From IMG/VR virus record IMGVR_UViG_3300005096_000137, positions 1 through 64,000 of that record: 64,000 nt of DNA; one strand, 5' to 3'. The position numbers and the translations under genes are program-made. This stretch comes from a virus. The notes below the pieces were generated by a model. It was not told the DNA's origin. It was given only the letters and a program-made list of their open reading frames with translations, and did not search any database. This document shows positions 50,956 through 58,327 of this stretch, piece by piece (the first letter of the stretch is position 1; each line of letters opens with the position of its first letter).

Positions 50956-51138
50956 ATGACACAGAAGATTGTACTGGGCCAACTGATTGAGAAGTTACAG
51001 AAACTCGCTGAGGATGGTCACCAGTACACACCAGTCCACGTGCAGGATGGTTCGTCCGGTATAAAAGTCATCACCGGTATTGCTGTTGCTGATGACTACG
51101 AAAACGTGGAAATCCTTACTGAGTATCCGGAGGATTGA
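50956..51138 (+). CDS. Mini-protein (LGQLIEKLQ)
   Basis: AAGGAG RBS. Confidence 0.7.
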   Translation: MTQKIVLGQLIEKLQKLAEDGHQYTPVHVQDGSSGIKVITGIAVADDYENVEILTEYPED

Positions 51139-51140
51139 GA

Positions 51141-51317
51141 ATGAGACTTGGACAATTACTTGCTCAGGTGAAGGAAGCAGTTGACGCCGGGCACGGGCAC
51201 ATGGACGTCATACTCTGGTGCAACGGAGCTACGATACCTGCTGATCGCACTGACATTTGTGACGGTGAATTCATCATCGACGTATATCCAAAGGTGACGA
51301 CATGCCCCGACAAATGA
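51141..51317 (+). CDS. Mini-protein (MRLGQLLAQV)
   Basis: GGAGG RBS. Confidence 0.65.
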   Translation: MRLGQLLAQVKEAVDAGHGHMDVILWCNGATIPADRTDICDGEFIIDVYPKVTTCPDK

Positions 51318-51487
51318 TACTCGGCGAACTGGTCGAGAAGTTACAGGCACTCGTGGCTGCGGGTCACGGGTACACACCCGTTCAGGCTGTGAGTCGGCTG
51401 ACGGAGATGGTAGTTGTGGATGTTGCAGCCGACGATGAGGACGAATACGTGAATCTCTATGTTGAACCTCAAGGAGTAGGCAAATGA
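51302..51487 (+). CDS. Mini-protein (ILGELVEKLQ)
   Basis: Paralog of 50956. Confidence 0.7.
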   Translation: MPRQMILGELVEKLQALVAAGHGYTPVQAVSRLTEMVVVDVAADDEDEYVNLYVEPQGVGK

Positions 51488-51630
51488 AAGTTAGTGAACT
51501 GATCCAACTGTTGATGAAGTATCCAGCGAGTGATGACGTGGAGTTTCTGGTCCCGGGGGACGACCCCTGGCCTATCGAAACGGTCACAGCAGATAGTCCC
51601 GGGGTGACATACATCATTGCCGATGATTAA
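51484..51630 (+). CDS. Mini-protein (MKVSELIQLL)
   Basis: AAGGAG RBS. Confidence 0.7.
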   Translation: MKVSELIQLLMKYPASDDVEFLVPGDDPWPIETVTADSPGVTYIIADD

Positions 51631-51631
51631 G

Positions 51632-51843
51632 GAGTAAACCATGATTGTTTCTGAATTGATTGAGAAGTTGCAGATAGTAGCCAGTCATGGTTATGCTGAC
51701 TCTGATGTGCGGGACCTTGTGACGGACAACTTGATGTTGGAGGTTGTGGTGGTGGCTGGCAGTTTGTATCTTATCGCGGGGGTACCTGAGGTGAACGAGG
51801 AGAGTAAACCATGATTGTTTCTGAATTGATTGAGAAGTTGCAG
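51632..51843 (+). repeat. 42-bp identical direct repeat covering RBS and gene start
   Basis: 51632-51673 equals 51802-51843. Confidence 0.9.
51641..51814 (+). CDS. Mini-protein (MIVSELIEKLQ)
   Basis: AAGGAG RBS. Confidence 0.7.
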   Translation: MIVSELIEKLQIVASHGYADSDVRDLVTDNLMLEVVVVAGSLYLIAGVPEVNEESKP

Positions 51844-51969
51844 GAGGCTGACGCGAATAACGAGGTTGACATTGAATTACCAGGTGGTGTGGAACTTGAT
51901 GTTTCAGGAATTCACTTCTACCTCTACCGTGTAGCCATCCAAACCACAACGAAGCATAAGACATACTGA
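51811..51969 (+). CDS. Mini-protein (MIVSELIEKLQ)
   Basis: ATGA coupling. Confidence 0.7.
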   Translation: MIVSELIEKLQEADANNEVDIELPGGVELDVSGIHFYLYRVAIQTTTKHKTY

Positions 51970-51975
51970 ACAAAT

Positions 51976-52046
51976 GGGCTGTTAGTATAACGGGATTACC
52001 CCGGTTTTGCATACCGGAAATCAGGGTTCGATTCCCTGATGGTCCA
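51976..52046 (+). tRNA. tRNA-Ala(TGC)
   Basis: G3:U70 pair, CCGGT-TT-TGC-AT-ACCGG. Confidence 0.88.
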
Positions 52047-52049
52047 CTT

Positions 52050-52184
52050 TTAAGCGCGAAGACTGGTTCGACTCCAGTACGCTCGTCGAGGTTCGGTAGG
52101 GAAGTCAGGTTCGATTCCTGATGATTGAGGTCTGGGTGTAGGACACAGCTCCCAGGCTAAGGGTGGTCTCCAGGACGCGCTTAA
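52050..52184 (+). ncRNA. Structured RNA with two T-arm-like hairpins
   Basis: 9-bp closing stem TTAAGCGCG/CGCGCTTAA; ACTGG-TTCGACT-CCAGT and TCAGG-TTCGATT-CCTGA. Confidence 0.65.
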
Positions 52185-52227
52185 TCCCCGTAAGGGATGT
52201 GTCATTTTACAACTGAAAGGGTGCGGT

Positions 52228-52617
52228 ATGAACCACGACGACATGAATTTCCAAGGGTTTATTGCCGAGAGACTGACTGGGTTCCTGAGTAATCTACCGG
52301 TACCTATTCATCCAGATGCAGAATTACTGAGTGTGGGGAAGAACATCCCAGTTGATCCACGACTCGGCAAGAAGCACTTGCTCACTTACTACATCGCCCC
52401 AATGATTGAAGACCTAGTGGCACCAATTCGTGAGAAGAACGTTCCGGTTAAATTCGTGGATTTGCCGCCCCTTGAAGACGGGAGAACTGAAGTTCCGCTT
52501 GACACCTCACTGCCAATTCGGTACTGTGTAAAGTATGTTCCAGGGGAGCCCTTTGACACAGTGATTCATGTGCTTGAACTCAACGTAGTGTACCTGTACG
52601 CTAGGTGTGGAAGGTAG
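52228..52617 (+). CDS. Hypothetical protein
   Basis: Weak similarity to 53332 (MI.DL..P.RY). Confidence 0.6.
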   Translation: MNHDDMNFQGFIAERLTGFLSNLPVPIHPDAELLSVGKNIPVDPRLGKKHLLTYYIAPMIEDLVAPIREKNVPVKFVDLPPLEDGRTEVPLDTSLPIRYCVKYVPGEPFDTVIHVLELNVVYLYARCGR

Positions 52618-52621
52618 TCAT

Positions 52622-52708
52622 GGAAGGTAGGCAGATATTGGTTTGCTGCCCCTGTTTTGAAAACAGTACGTCGTAAAGGCGGTGCGAGTTCGATTCCCGC
52701 ACCTTCCG
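52622..52708 (+). tRNA. tRNA-Ser(TGA)
   Basis: Long variable arm, G73, loop TT-TGA-AA. Confidence 0.88.
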
Positions 52709-52709
52709 C

Positions 52710-52776
52710 TGTCGCTTACCAGTGGTAAGGGACTTACAAAGGCTTTCGCTGAGCCAGCCTGGTCAAATCAGCGATA
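52710..52776 (+). ncRNA. tRNA-like structured unit
   Basis: TGTCGCT/AGCGATA closing stem, internal hairpins, degenerate T loop. Confidence 0.35.
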
Positions 52777-52777
52777 C

Positions 52778-52860
52778 GAGAGGGAGGTAGATGTTGGCTT
52801 TGCTACACCTGTCCGTTAGACAGGGGCTTCGGTCTGTGGGTTCGATTCCCACCCCTTTCG
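52778..52860 (+). tRNA. Ser-type tRNA body with GTT anticodon
   Basis: Long variable arm, G73, D arm like flanking tRNA-Ser; loop CC-GTT-AG. Confidence 0.75.
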
Positions 52861-52865
52861 CTTTG

Positions 52866-52953
52866 GGAAGATAGTCAGATATTGGTTGGCTGTACCTGCT
52901 TGGAAAGCAGGCGGCGTTAATTCGCCGTGTGGGTTCGATTCCTGCATCTTCCG
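52866..52953 (+). tRNA. tRNA-Ser(GGA)
   Basis: CCTGC-TT-GGA-AA-GCAGG, long variable arm. Confidence 0.92.
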
Positions 52954-52956
52954 CTC

Positions 52957-53309
52957 GGGCAGGTATCTTGGTGAGGGGAGATGATCACCCTGGGGGTTCG
53001 ATACCCTCTACTTGTTCAGTGAGTGGGTTATGGACGTGACAGGCCTGACCGCCTGGGAGGTAAGATTCCTCGCCCACTTGCATGGAGGACCCTACGAGGT
53101 GGGGACGTACATGGGTAAAAGTCCATTATGGAAGAACTACCCGCGTGCGTCGAGGTTCGTAACCTTACTCCTCCGCTTTAGTTTATCAACTGAACCGGCA
53201 CCGGATGGTGTTCCTTCGTGACTCACCCACGATAGGTTGGTAAGCGTTAATGGGCGGTCCCCGCGACAAGTCTATACGACAAACCGTCTGGGGTACGACT
53301 CCCCGCCCT
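52957..53309 (+). ncRNA. String of tRNA-like mini RNAs (52957-53018, 53021-53080, 53084-53175, 53183-53243, 53252-53309)
   Basis: Each has a closing stem; four have a 3' T-arm-like hairpin. Confidence 0.55.
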
Positions 53310-53331
53310 TTGATACAAATGAGGTGGATGA

Positions 53332-53751
53332 ATGTTTGATGACTGGATTGAATTCGACGAGCAGATGGTAGCTGATGTTGTGGCTGGTAATCTCAGACAA
53401 CGGCTTGCGTCTAACCCGCCCATTGCTATGATCCCTGACGTCCGAATGATACGTTGCTTCATCGAGGAGGAAATCAAGAATCCTAAACCTCTGTGGGAAC
53501 AGTACGATGGTCCGGTAAGCACTTATGATTTTGTTGATCCACCTTGTGCATGTCTGAGGACCATGATAGATGACCTGTGGCGGGTCATAATTGAGTCTTC
53601 ACCCGAGTCTCTGACATTTTACCGTCCAGAACCACAGCCCCAGCTAGATGGGGTTGTTGCAGGCGGGCGGATACCCGTGAGGTACACACATTTTGGCACT
53701 GATAAGTGGGGTTCCCACTGCATCGAAGTTTATCTGAAGGAGCCCAGTTAA
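53332..53751 (+). CDS. Hypothetical protein
   Basis: GAGG RBS; TAATG coupling. Confidence 0.6.
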   Translation: MFDDWIEFDEQMVADVVAGNLRQRLASNPPIAMIPDVRMIRCFIEEEIKNPKPLWEQYDGPVSTYDFVDPPCACLRTMIDDLWRVIIESSPESLTFYRPEPQPQLDGVVAGGRIPVRYTHFGTDKWGSHCIEVYLKEPS

Positions 53752-54251
53752 TGCCTGATGGACACAGTTTCGTGATGTTGCTCACAATGGAGCATATCAC
53801 CCGACAAGTCCTGGAATCTGGACTTAATGCCGACACCCTCCTCGACTACCTATCTAGTGGTGAGATTTCTAGACACTGGAAACTCGCCGGCAACCGGGCA
53901 GAAGCTGATATCCGGGTGTTCAAAGAAACCTCCTCCCTCGAACATGATGAGCCCATTGCTGAGTTGATTCTCTGCCAAATGGGTTGTCGCTTTGCAATTG
54001 ATATCAAGCTTAACCTAGGTGACGACCTTGTTGTGAAGCTGCTGGAAGACCACACCCCCGTTTGGCTTGAGGGTTACCTGGCTCGCTGTGACTGGTCACT
54101 CCATAAGTCCTACAAGATTGAATCTAACCGTGACCGGAATATGGCGCTAAAGAAGCAGAAGCAGGCACTTCATAAGAAGTACTCTTCGACGGGCACCTAC
54201 TACGAGTATCGAAAACACGAATCATTTATTAACCCTGAGGCGACCGAATGA
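53751..54251 (+). CDS. Hypothetical protein
   Basis: C-terminus W..KSY..RD..EYRK shared with next gene. Confidence 0.6.
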   Translation: MPDGHSFVMLLTMEHITRQVLESGLNADTLLDYLSSGEISRHWKLAGNRAEADIRVFKETSSLEHDEPIAELILCQMGCRFAIDIKLNLGDDLVVKLLEDHTPVWLEGYLARCDWSLHKSYKIESNRDRNMALKKQKQALHKKYSSTGTYYEYRKHESFINPEATE

Positions 54252-54562
54252 ACAAGCGACACTGGGAGGACCTCCCCGACAAGGGCCCACCAATCCAGGA
54301 TACCCACAGACCTAATAAGAAGCGGGGCGGTGGTAAGAAGCCCTTTGGTATCGAATGCCGGCACATTATCAGTGAGGACCACTGGTCACGGAAACAGGGT
54401 AAAACCGTTTGGAGCTGGTTTTCCAAATGGCAAGAATGGCACATGTATCAGAAATACAAATTGGAGAAAGACCGTGATCAAGCTCTCACCACCCTTACAA
54501 GAAAAGCTGGACAGGTTCAGGCACTGGGACGCTCGTACTGGGAGTACCGAAAAGCTTCTTAG
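54248..54562 (+). CDS. Basic hypothetical protein
   Basis: W...QKY..EKDRDQA..WEYRK. Confidence 0.65.
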   Translation: MNKRHWEDLPDKGPPIQDTHRPNKKRGGGKKPFGIECRHIISEDHWSRKQGKTVWSWFSKWQEWHMYQKYKLEKDRDQALTTLTRKAGQVQALGRSYWEYRKAS

Positions 54563-54743
54563 TGTGATAGCCCACACCGTTGTGGGGATTTGCTTGTTGA
54601 TAGCCTCCTGGGTGTTCTTCAGCTATGTGCCTTTGAGTCTCGTCTTTGCAGTCATCATACTTTCCACGTCCTTCACGGCACTAGCGATGTTGCTTTACTG
54701 GTCATTCACAACCGTGTTCAAGTCTAAGGATCCAGAATGGTAA
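54474..54743 (+). CDS. Two-TM membrane protein, paralog 1/3
   Basis: GGAG RBS and GTG 54474; F..W motif; WSFTTVF. Confidence 0.6.
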   Translation: MIKLSPPLQEKLDRFRHWDARTGSTEKLLSVIAHTVVGICLLIASWVFFSYVPLSLVFAVIILSTSFTALAMLLYWSFTTVFKSKDPEW

Positions 54744-55009
54744 CCTCTACGCAAAATACACTGCACAAGTTCAGGAAGTGGTACGCTCTCACTGGGGGTC
54801 TCGGAACGCTTCGTAACATTGTGGCATATTCGTTCGTGGCGTTGTGTGTCCCGTTGTATACCCTATTTGCTCTCGGTCTTGCGATAGCCATCTACAATAA
54901 TTTGGCGGAGATCATCCAGGGGCTTCTGGCGATTATACTTCCAGTGGCGTTCCTGTTATTGGGTTTGTGGTCATTCACAACCGTCTTCCCTCCAAAGGAA
55001 TCAAGATGA
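54737..55009 (+). CDS. Two-TM membrane protein, paralog 2/3
   Basis: KFRKW..TLR; WSFTTVF. Confidence 0.7.
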   Translation: MVTSTQNTLHKFRKWYALTGGLGTLRNIVAYSFVALCVPLYTLFALGLAIAIYNNLAEIIQGLLAIILPVAFLLLGLWSFTTVFPPKESR

Positions 55010-55353
55010 CATTACCCTTAAAGACAGAGCTGGCGAAGTTCAAGAACTGGGACGACCAGACCAGTGCCCTTAAAACACTTCGTAGTTTGGGAGCAGGACT
55101 AATCGTTCTGGTGACGGTACTCACGGTCCTCTGGCTCCTGTACCAAGCCAGAATAGGGCTGCTCCTGATTGCAATGGCAGCCCTTATGACCTGTGCAATC
55201 ATTGGTGGTGGCGTCTGTATCCTCTACCTGATTGGCTGGGCGTTCAAAACCATCTATGCGATAATGTTCCCTGAAGGTCTGGGGGTCGAGGACGAGGACG
55301 AGGACGATTATGAATCTCATGCTGACTGGGTACGTCGAGATATGGAGCTGTAG
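55006..55353 (+). CDS. Two-TM membrane protein, paralog 3/3
   Basis: KFKNW..TLR; WAFKTI. Confidence 0.7.
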   Translation: MTLPLKTELAKFKNWDDQTSALKTLRSLGAGLIVLVTVLTVLWLLYQARIGLLLIAMAALMTCAIIGGGVCILYLIGWAFKTIYAIMFPEGLGVEDEDEDDYESHADWVRRDMEL

Positions 55354-55557
55354 ATGAGCAGAACGAATAGAGGTGAGAAGGGTCCAGGCTACGATTATTG
55401 GACGAGCCGGTTACCCGGACCCTGTGGGATGATACCCGGACGCCAGACAAAGAAGTGGACGGCTCGACACGAGCGACGTAAAGACAAAGACAAATGCCGA
55501 GACCCTGAGGAGGTTGATGATGTCGGAGGCGAGAGACCACCTGATGACAGTGATTGA
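55354..55557 (+). CDS. Small basic protein (MSRT..KGPG.DYW)
   Basis: GGAG RBS; Arg/Lys-rich. Confidence 0.65.
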   Translation: MSRTNRGEKGPGYDYWTSRLPGPCGMIPGRQTKKWTARHERRKDKDKCRDPEEVDDVGGERPPDDSD

Positions 55558-55775
55558 CACCTACCGGTTCTGTGAAGATGCCTGCGGCTGGTTTATGATC
55601 ACCATACCTCTATGGGCTATAGCCGTCGGTTTGTCTGTGGTAGTCAATGAGGTGTATGCGTGGCAAAGCAGATAATCTGGGACCTCCTGATGGTTAGTCT
55701 CTCAGTCACAGCGTTCGTGCTTGCCCTAAACCTAGTCATAGCAATGAGTTACGTTATATTCGACGCTTTCATACA

Positions 55776-55970
55776 ATGGATGGTATAATGGTACAGAAGC
55801 CTAAAGGACGTGAACACCATCCCAGTGACAGACCCTGGATGAAGTGGGTCAAGATATTCAGCAATCGGAAAGACCGACAGGCAACAAAACAGAAGATTCA
55901 TCACGAAGAGTACGAAGATATCCCTAAAGACCAGCCAACCAAAACGGAAGACCCGTGGGGTTGGGACTAA
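55776..55970 (+). CDS. Small basic protein
   Basis: K..SNRK.R..K pattern; start may be 55788. Confidence 0.55.
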   Translation: MDGIMVQKPKGREHHPSDRPWMKWVKIFSNRKDRQATKQKIHHEEYEDIPKDQPTKTEDPWGWD

Positions 55971-55985
55971 CCAAAGGAGACCCTA

Positions 55986-56711
55986 ATGGGACTTATCACT
56001 GACTTTCTTGCGAACGCTACGAGTATTGACACCACCCCTGAGATCACCGCGTTGGACCGCACTGTGGTGAAGGAGTTGAATGCCGCCATCAGTCGGGGCG
56101 ACCCCAACCTACAACCTGCCCTAGAGGGTACTAACGAGGTTCAAGCGCTGGCTCAGTATGCTGTGAATCACTCTGGAGGTACATTTGCCCTCTTGGTCAC
56201 ACTCGCGAACGGTGAATCGGTTACAACAGCAGCCATTGCCTTTGGTGCTGATGCTGCCACAATTGAAGCGGCGATTGACACTGCTGCCAATGGTAATATC
56301 ACCGGGTGGGTTGATGGCGATATCTCGATTGCTGGTGGTCCACTCACAGCAGCCGCCGCATCCGTGACCTATGATGGGGTATCAGTATCAGACACTAACC
56401 AGGTGTTGATCACCTTGGATGGCGCACTATTAACGGGCGGGACCACAGCCTCGCCTGCTACGACGATCACCACAGAAGGTCAAAGTGCCCGGCGTGCTTG
56501 GGGTGTTTTGGTAGTTCTGGGCATCATTGATATCAGTGAAGTTCCCGCCCAAGGCGTGGATCCAGGTATTCTGACTCTGGTCACAGCTCCCGGAGACAAT
56601 TCATACTACCCAACCGCAGCCACGATTCGTGCCCTGGCAGACGAGGTAGGTATCACAGATGATAGTGTTGCAGCTCGGGACGCAGTCTTGCGGGCAGCAA
56701 AGCTCCTGTAA
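55986..56711 (+). CDS. EVQ-domain protein (structural-like) outside the virion module
   Basis: AAGGAG RBS; domain shared with ORF 3..938 and the major tail protein. Confidence 0.8.
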   Translation: MGLITDFLANATSIDTTPEITALDRTVVKELNAAISRGDPNLQPALEGTNEVQALAQYAVNHSGGTFALLVTLANGESVTTAAIAFGADAATIEAAIDTAANGNITGWVDGDISIAGGPLTAAAASVTYDGVSVSDTNQVLITLDGALLTGGTTASPATTITTEGQSARRAWGVLVVLGIIDISEVPAQGVDPGILTLVTAPGDNSYYPTAATIRALADEVGITDDSVAARDAVLRAAKLL

Positions 56712-56719
56712 CAGTTAAG

Positions 56720-56791
56720 GCGACGTTGGTGTTAATGGTAGCATGACTGGTTTCCAACCAATTGGTGAGAGTTCAAATCCCTCACGTCGCA
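56720..56791 (+). tRNA. tRNA-Gly(TCC)
   Basis: GCGACGT/ACGTCGC acceptor, loop TT-TCC-AA. Confidence 0.88.
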
Positions 56792-56794
56792 CTT

Positions 56795-56878
56795 TACCGT
56801 CACGGTGTAACCGGCATCACACTAGATAGTACCTATAGGGCTATCTGGAGGAATGGGTTCGGGTCCCGAGGGCGGTAC
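56795..56878 (+). tRNA. tRNA-like RNA with extended anticodon arm
   Basis: TACCGTC/GGCGGTA acceptor; CTAGATAG/CTATCTGG stem; no canonical loop. Confidence 0.5.
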
Positions 56879-56880
56879 TT

Positions 56881-56957
56881 TGCCGTAGTGGTGTAAATGG
56901 CACAGCATACCAGGGCGTCCACCCTGGAGGCATGGGTTCGATTCCTGGGTGCGGCAC
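56881..56957 (+). tRNA. tRNA-like RNA, 8-nt anticodon loop (GCGTCCAC)
   Basis: TGCCGTA/TGCGGCA acceptor, GGTTCGATTCC. Confidence 0.6.
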
Positions 56958-56966
56958 TTTGAGTTT

Positions 56967-57073
56967 TGCAGCGGTGGTGTAAAAGTGATCTAGGGAGGCC
57001 TCTCTAGGTACCATAGGTGAACATTACTGGGTTAGATACCCGGAGATGGGGGTTCGACTCCCCCACGCGGCGC
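56967..57073 (+). tRNA. tRNA-like RNA (AGA) with D-loop hairpin insertion
   Basis: CTGGG-TT-AGA-TA-CCCGG; perfect T arm. Confidence 0.65.
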
Positions 57074-57082
57074 TTCGAGTTT

Positions 57083-57188
57083 TGCAGCGGTAGTGGAAAA
57101 GTGATCCCGGAAGGCCTTCTGGGGTCCCATAGGTAACATTCCAGGCCTTTTAGCCTGGCGACAGGGGTTCGAGTCCCCTACGCTGCAC
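57083..57188 (+). tRNA. tRNA-Lys-like RNA (TTT, 8-nt loop) with D-loop hairpin insertion
   Basis: TGCAGCG/CGCTGCA acceptor; tandem paralog of previous. Confidence 0.65.
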
Positions 57189-57189
57189 T

Positions 57190-57263
57190 GTAGCTATGGT
57201 GTATTTGGCCTGCACAAGCCCTGCGAATGTCTAGGAGATGGTTCAAATCCTCTAGTCACTCCA
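57190..57263 (+). tRNA. Degenerate tRNA-like RNA (GCG)
   Basis: D arm and GGTTCAAATCC present; weak anticodon stem; ends TCCA. Confidence 0.4.
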
Positions 57264-57271
57264 TATTCCTC

Positions 57272-57300
57272 TTGACTGTCAACGAATTCAAGGTTATACT
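57272..57300 (+). promoter_or_regulatory. sigma70-like promoter
   Basis: TTGACT-17-TATACT. Confidence 0.8.
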
Positions 57301-57306
57301 AGAAGC

Positions 57307-57468
57307 TCACGGCTTAAAGGTGTTGTCTGAGAAATGACACGCGCCCGCAACGTGCGGGTGCCATTTTATGAATCAGGACTTAAAGTGCCGCGATGGTGGC
57401 ACTCCACCAGAATAAACCTGGTGGTGTCACGTGGACCCAGGTTGTCGTGCATCGCATCGTGGGTCCGC
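57307..57468 (+). ncRNA. Multi-hairpin RNA between the promoter and tRNA-Pro
   Basis: Five consecutive hairpins, e.g. GCGCCCGCA/TGCGGGTGC, CCACCAG/CTGGTGG, GTGGACCCA/TGGGTCCGC. Confidence 0.5.
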
Positions 57469-57471
57469 TAC

Positions 57472-57545
57472 CTGGATGTAGCTCAGTTTGGTAGAGCGGG
57501 TGGTTTGGGACCATCAGGCCGGAGGTTCGAGTCCTCTCATTCAGA
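57472..57545 (+). tRNA. tRNA-Pro(TGG)
   Basis: Canonical cloverleaf. Confidence 0.95.
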
Positions 57546-57620
57546 CTTAGCTGACCTGCCATGTGTAGGTTCAGTAACGGTACCGTCAGGTGGCGGTACC
57601 AGCCTTTAACGGAGATCACA

Positions 57621-58034
57621 ATGAGACGACTTTTGATGCTGTTGGCTGTTGCTACGTTTACCTTGGTTCTCAGTGATATTGCTGAAGCTCGCCGGGCGCC
57701 CCATTCGGGTTCCCGACATAATTCCATCGAGTCCTTTCAACACTCCTCCCGAGACCATTCCAGCCGGCACCAGTGGTATCCACACTACCAACGCCATCAA
57801 TCCCGACATAATCAACCCCACCGTCCCCACTACCAGCATCAAGAACGTCATCAGTCCAGGCGTCACCACTATCGACCTTACCAGTATCATAGACCACTGG
57901 TTATTGCAAATCCCTATTTCCAATCCCAAGGGTCCTTCTTCCCTAGTGGTGTGCTTGCACCTCGGGGACCCCAGTTGATTGAGAATCCCTACTACCCAGA
58001 CTGGATTCCGTGGAACACCTGGTTCAGGTTCTAA
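57621..58034 (+). CDS. Signal-peptide, His/Arg/Gln-rich low-complexity protein
   Basis: GGAG RBS; MRRLLMLLAVATFTLVLSDIAEA signal; HQSRH repeats; I.NPY twice. Confidence 0.75.
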   Translation: MRRLLMLLAVATFTLVLSDIAEARRAPHSGSRHNSIESFQHSSRDHSSRHQWYPHYQRHQSRHNQPHRPHYQHQERHQSRRHHYRPYQYHRPLVIANPYFQSQGSFFPSGVLAPRGPQLIENPYYPDWIPWNTWFRF

Positions 58035-58214
58035 ATGAGAGACTGTCAATTTACAATCAAAGGTTGGTTCATGATTGTTCTGACGTTTGCCATCGGGTTT
58101 ATGTTCGGGCGGTATGAACACATGATAGCCGAGGTGTTGGAATGCCTGTTATCAATACTCTGGCATCATGTTTACCAGTATACGGATGGTGTGGCCTATG
58201 GGATGCCCGTATGA

Positions 58215-58306
58215 GGGTGGTGTTCCCAACGTTGGACTGTAAATCCAGCGTCCTTTAATCATGTTGGGAAGCATTGGGACAGGGGGTGCGATTCCCTCAC
58301 TGCCCA
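58215..58306 (+). tRNA. tRNA-Tyr(GTA)-like RNA lacking a D arm
   Basis: GGGTGGT/ACTGCCC acceptor; TTGGA-CT-GTA-AA-TCCAG; large variable arm. Confidence 0.7.
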
Positions 58307-58327
58307 CTTAACGAACGGAGAGTTGAG

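Noticed and set aside
52050-53309. tmRNA or RNase P RNA
   Set aside because: No tmRNA ends or tag frame and no GAGGAAAGTCC motif found
56830-56840. Amber suppressor (CTA in loop)
   Set aside because: CTA is off-centre in an abnormal arm with no U33
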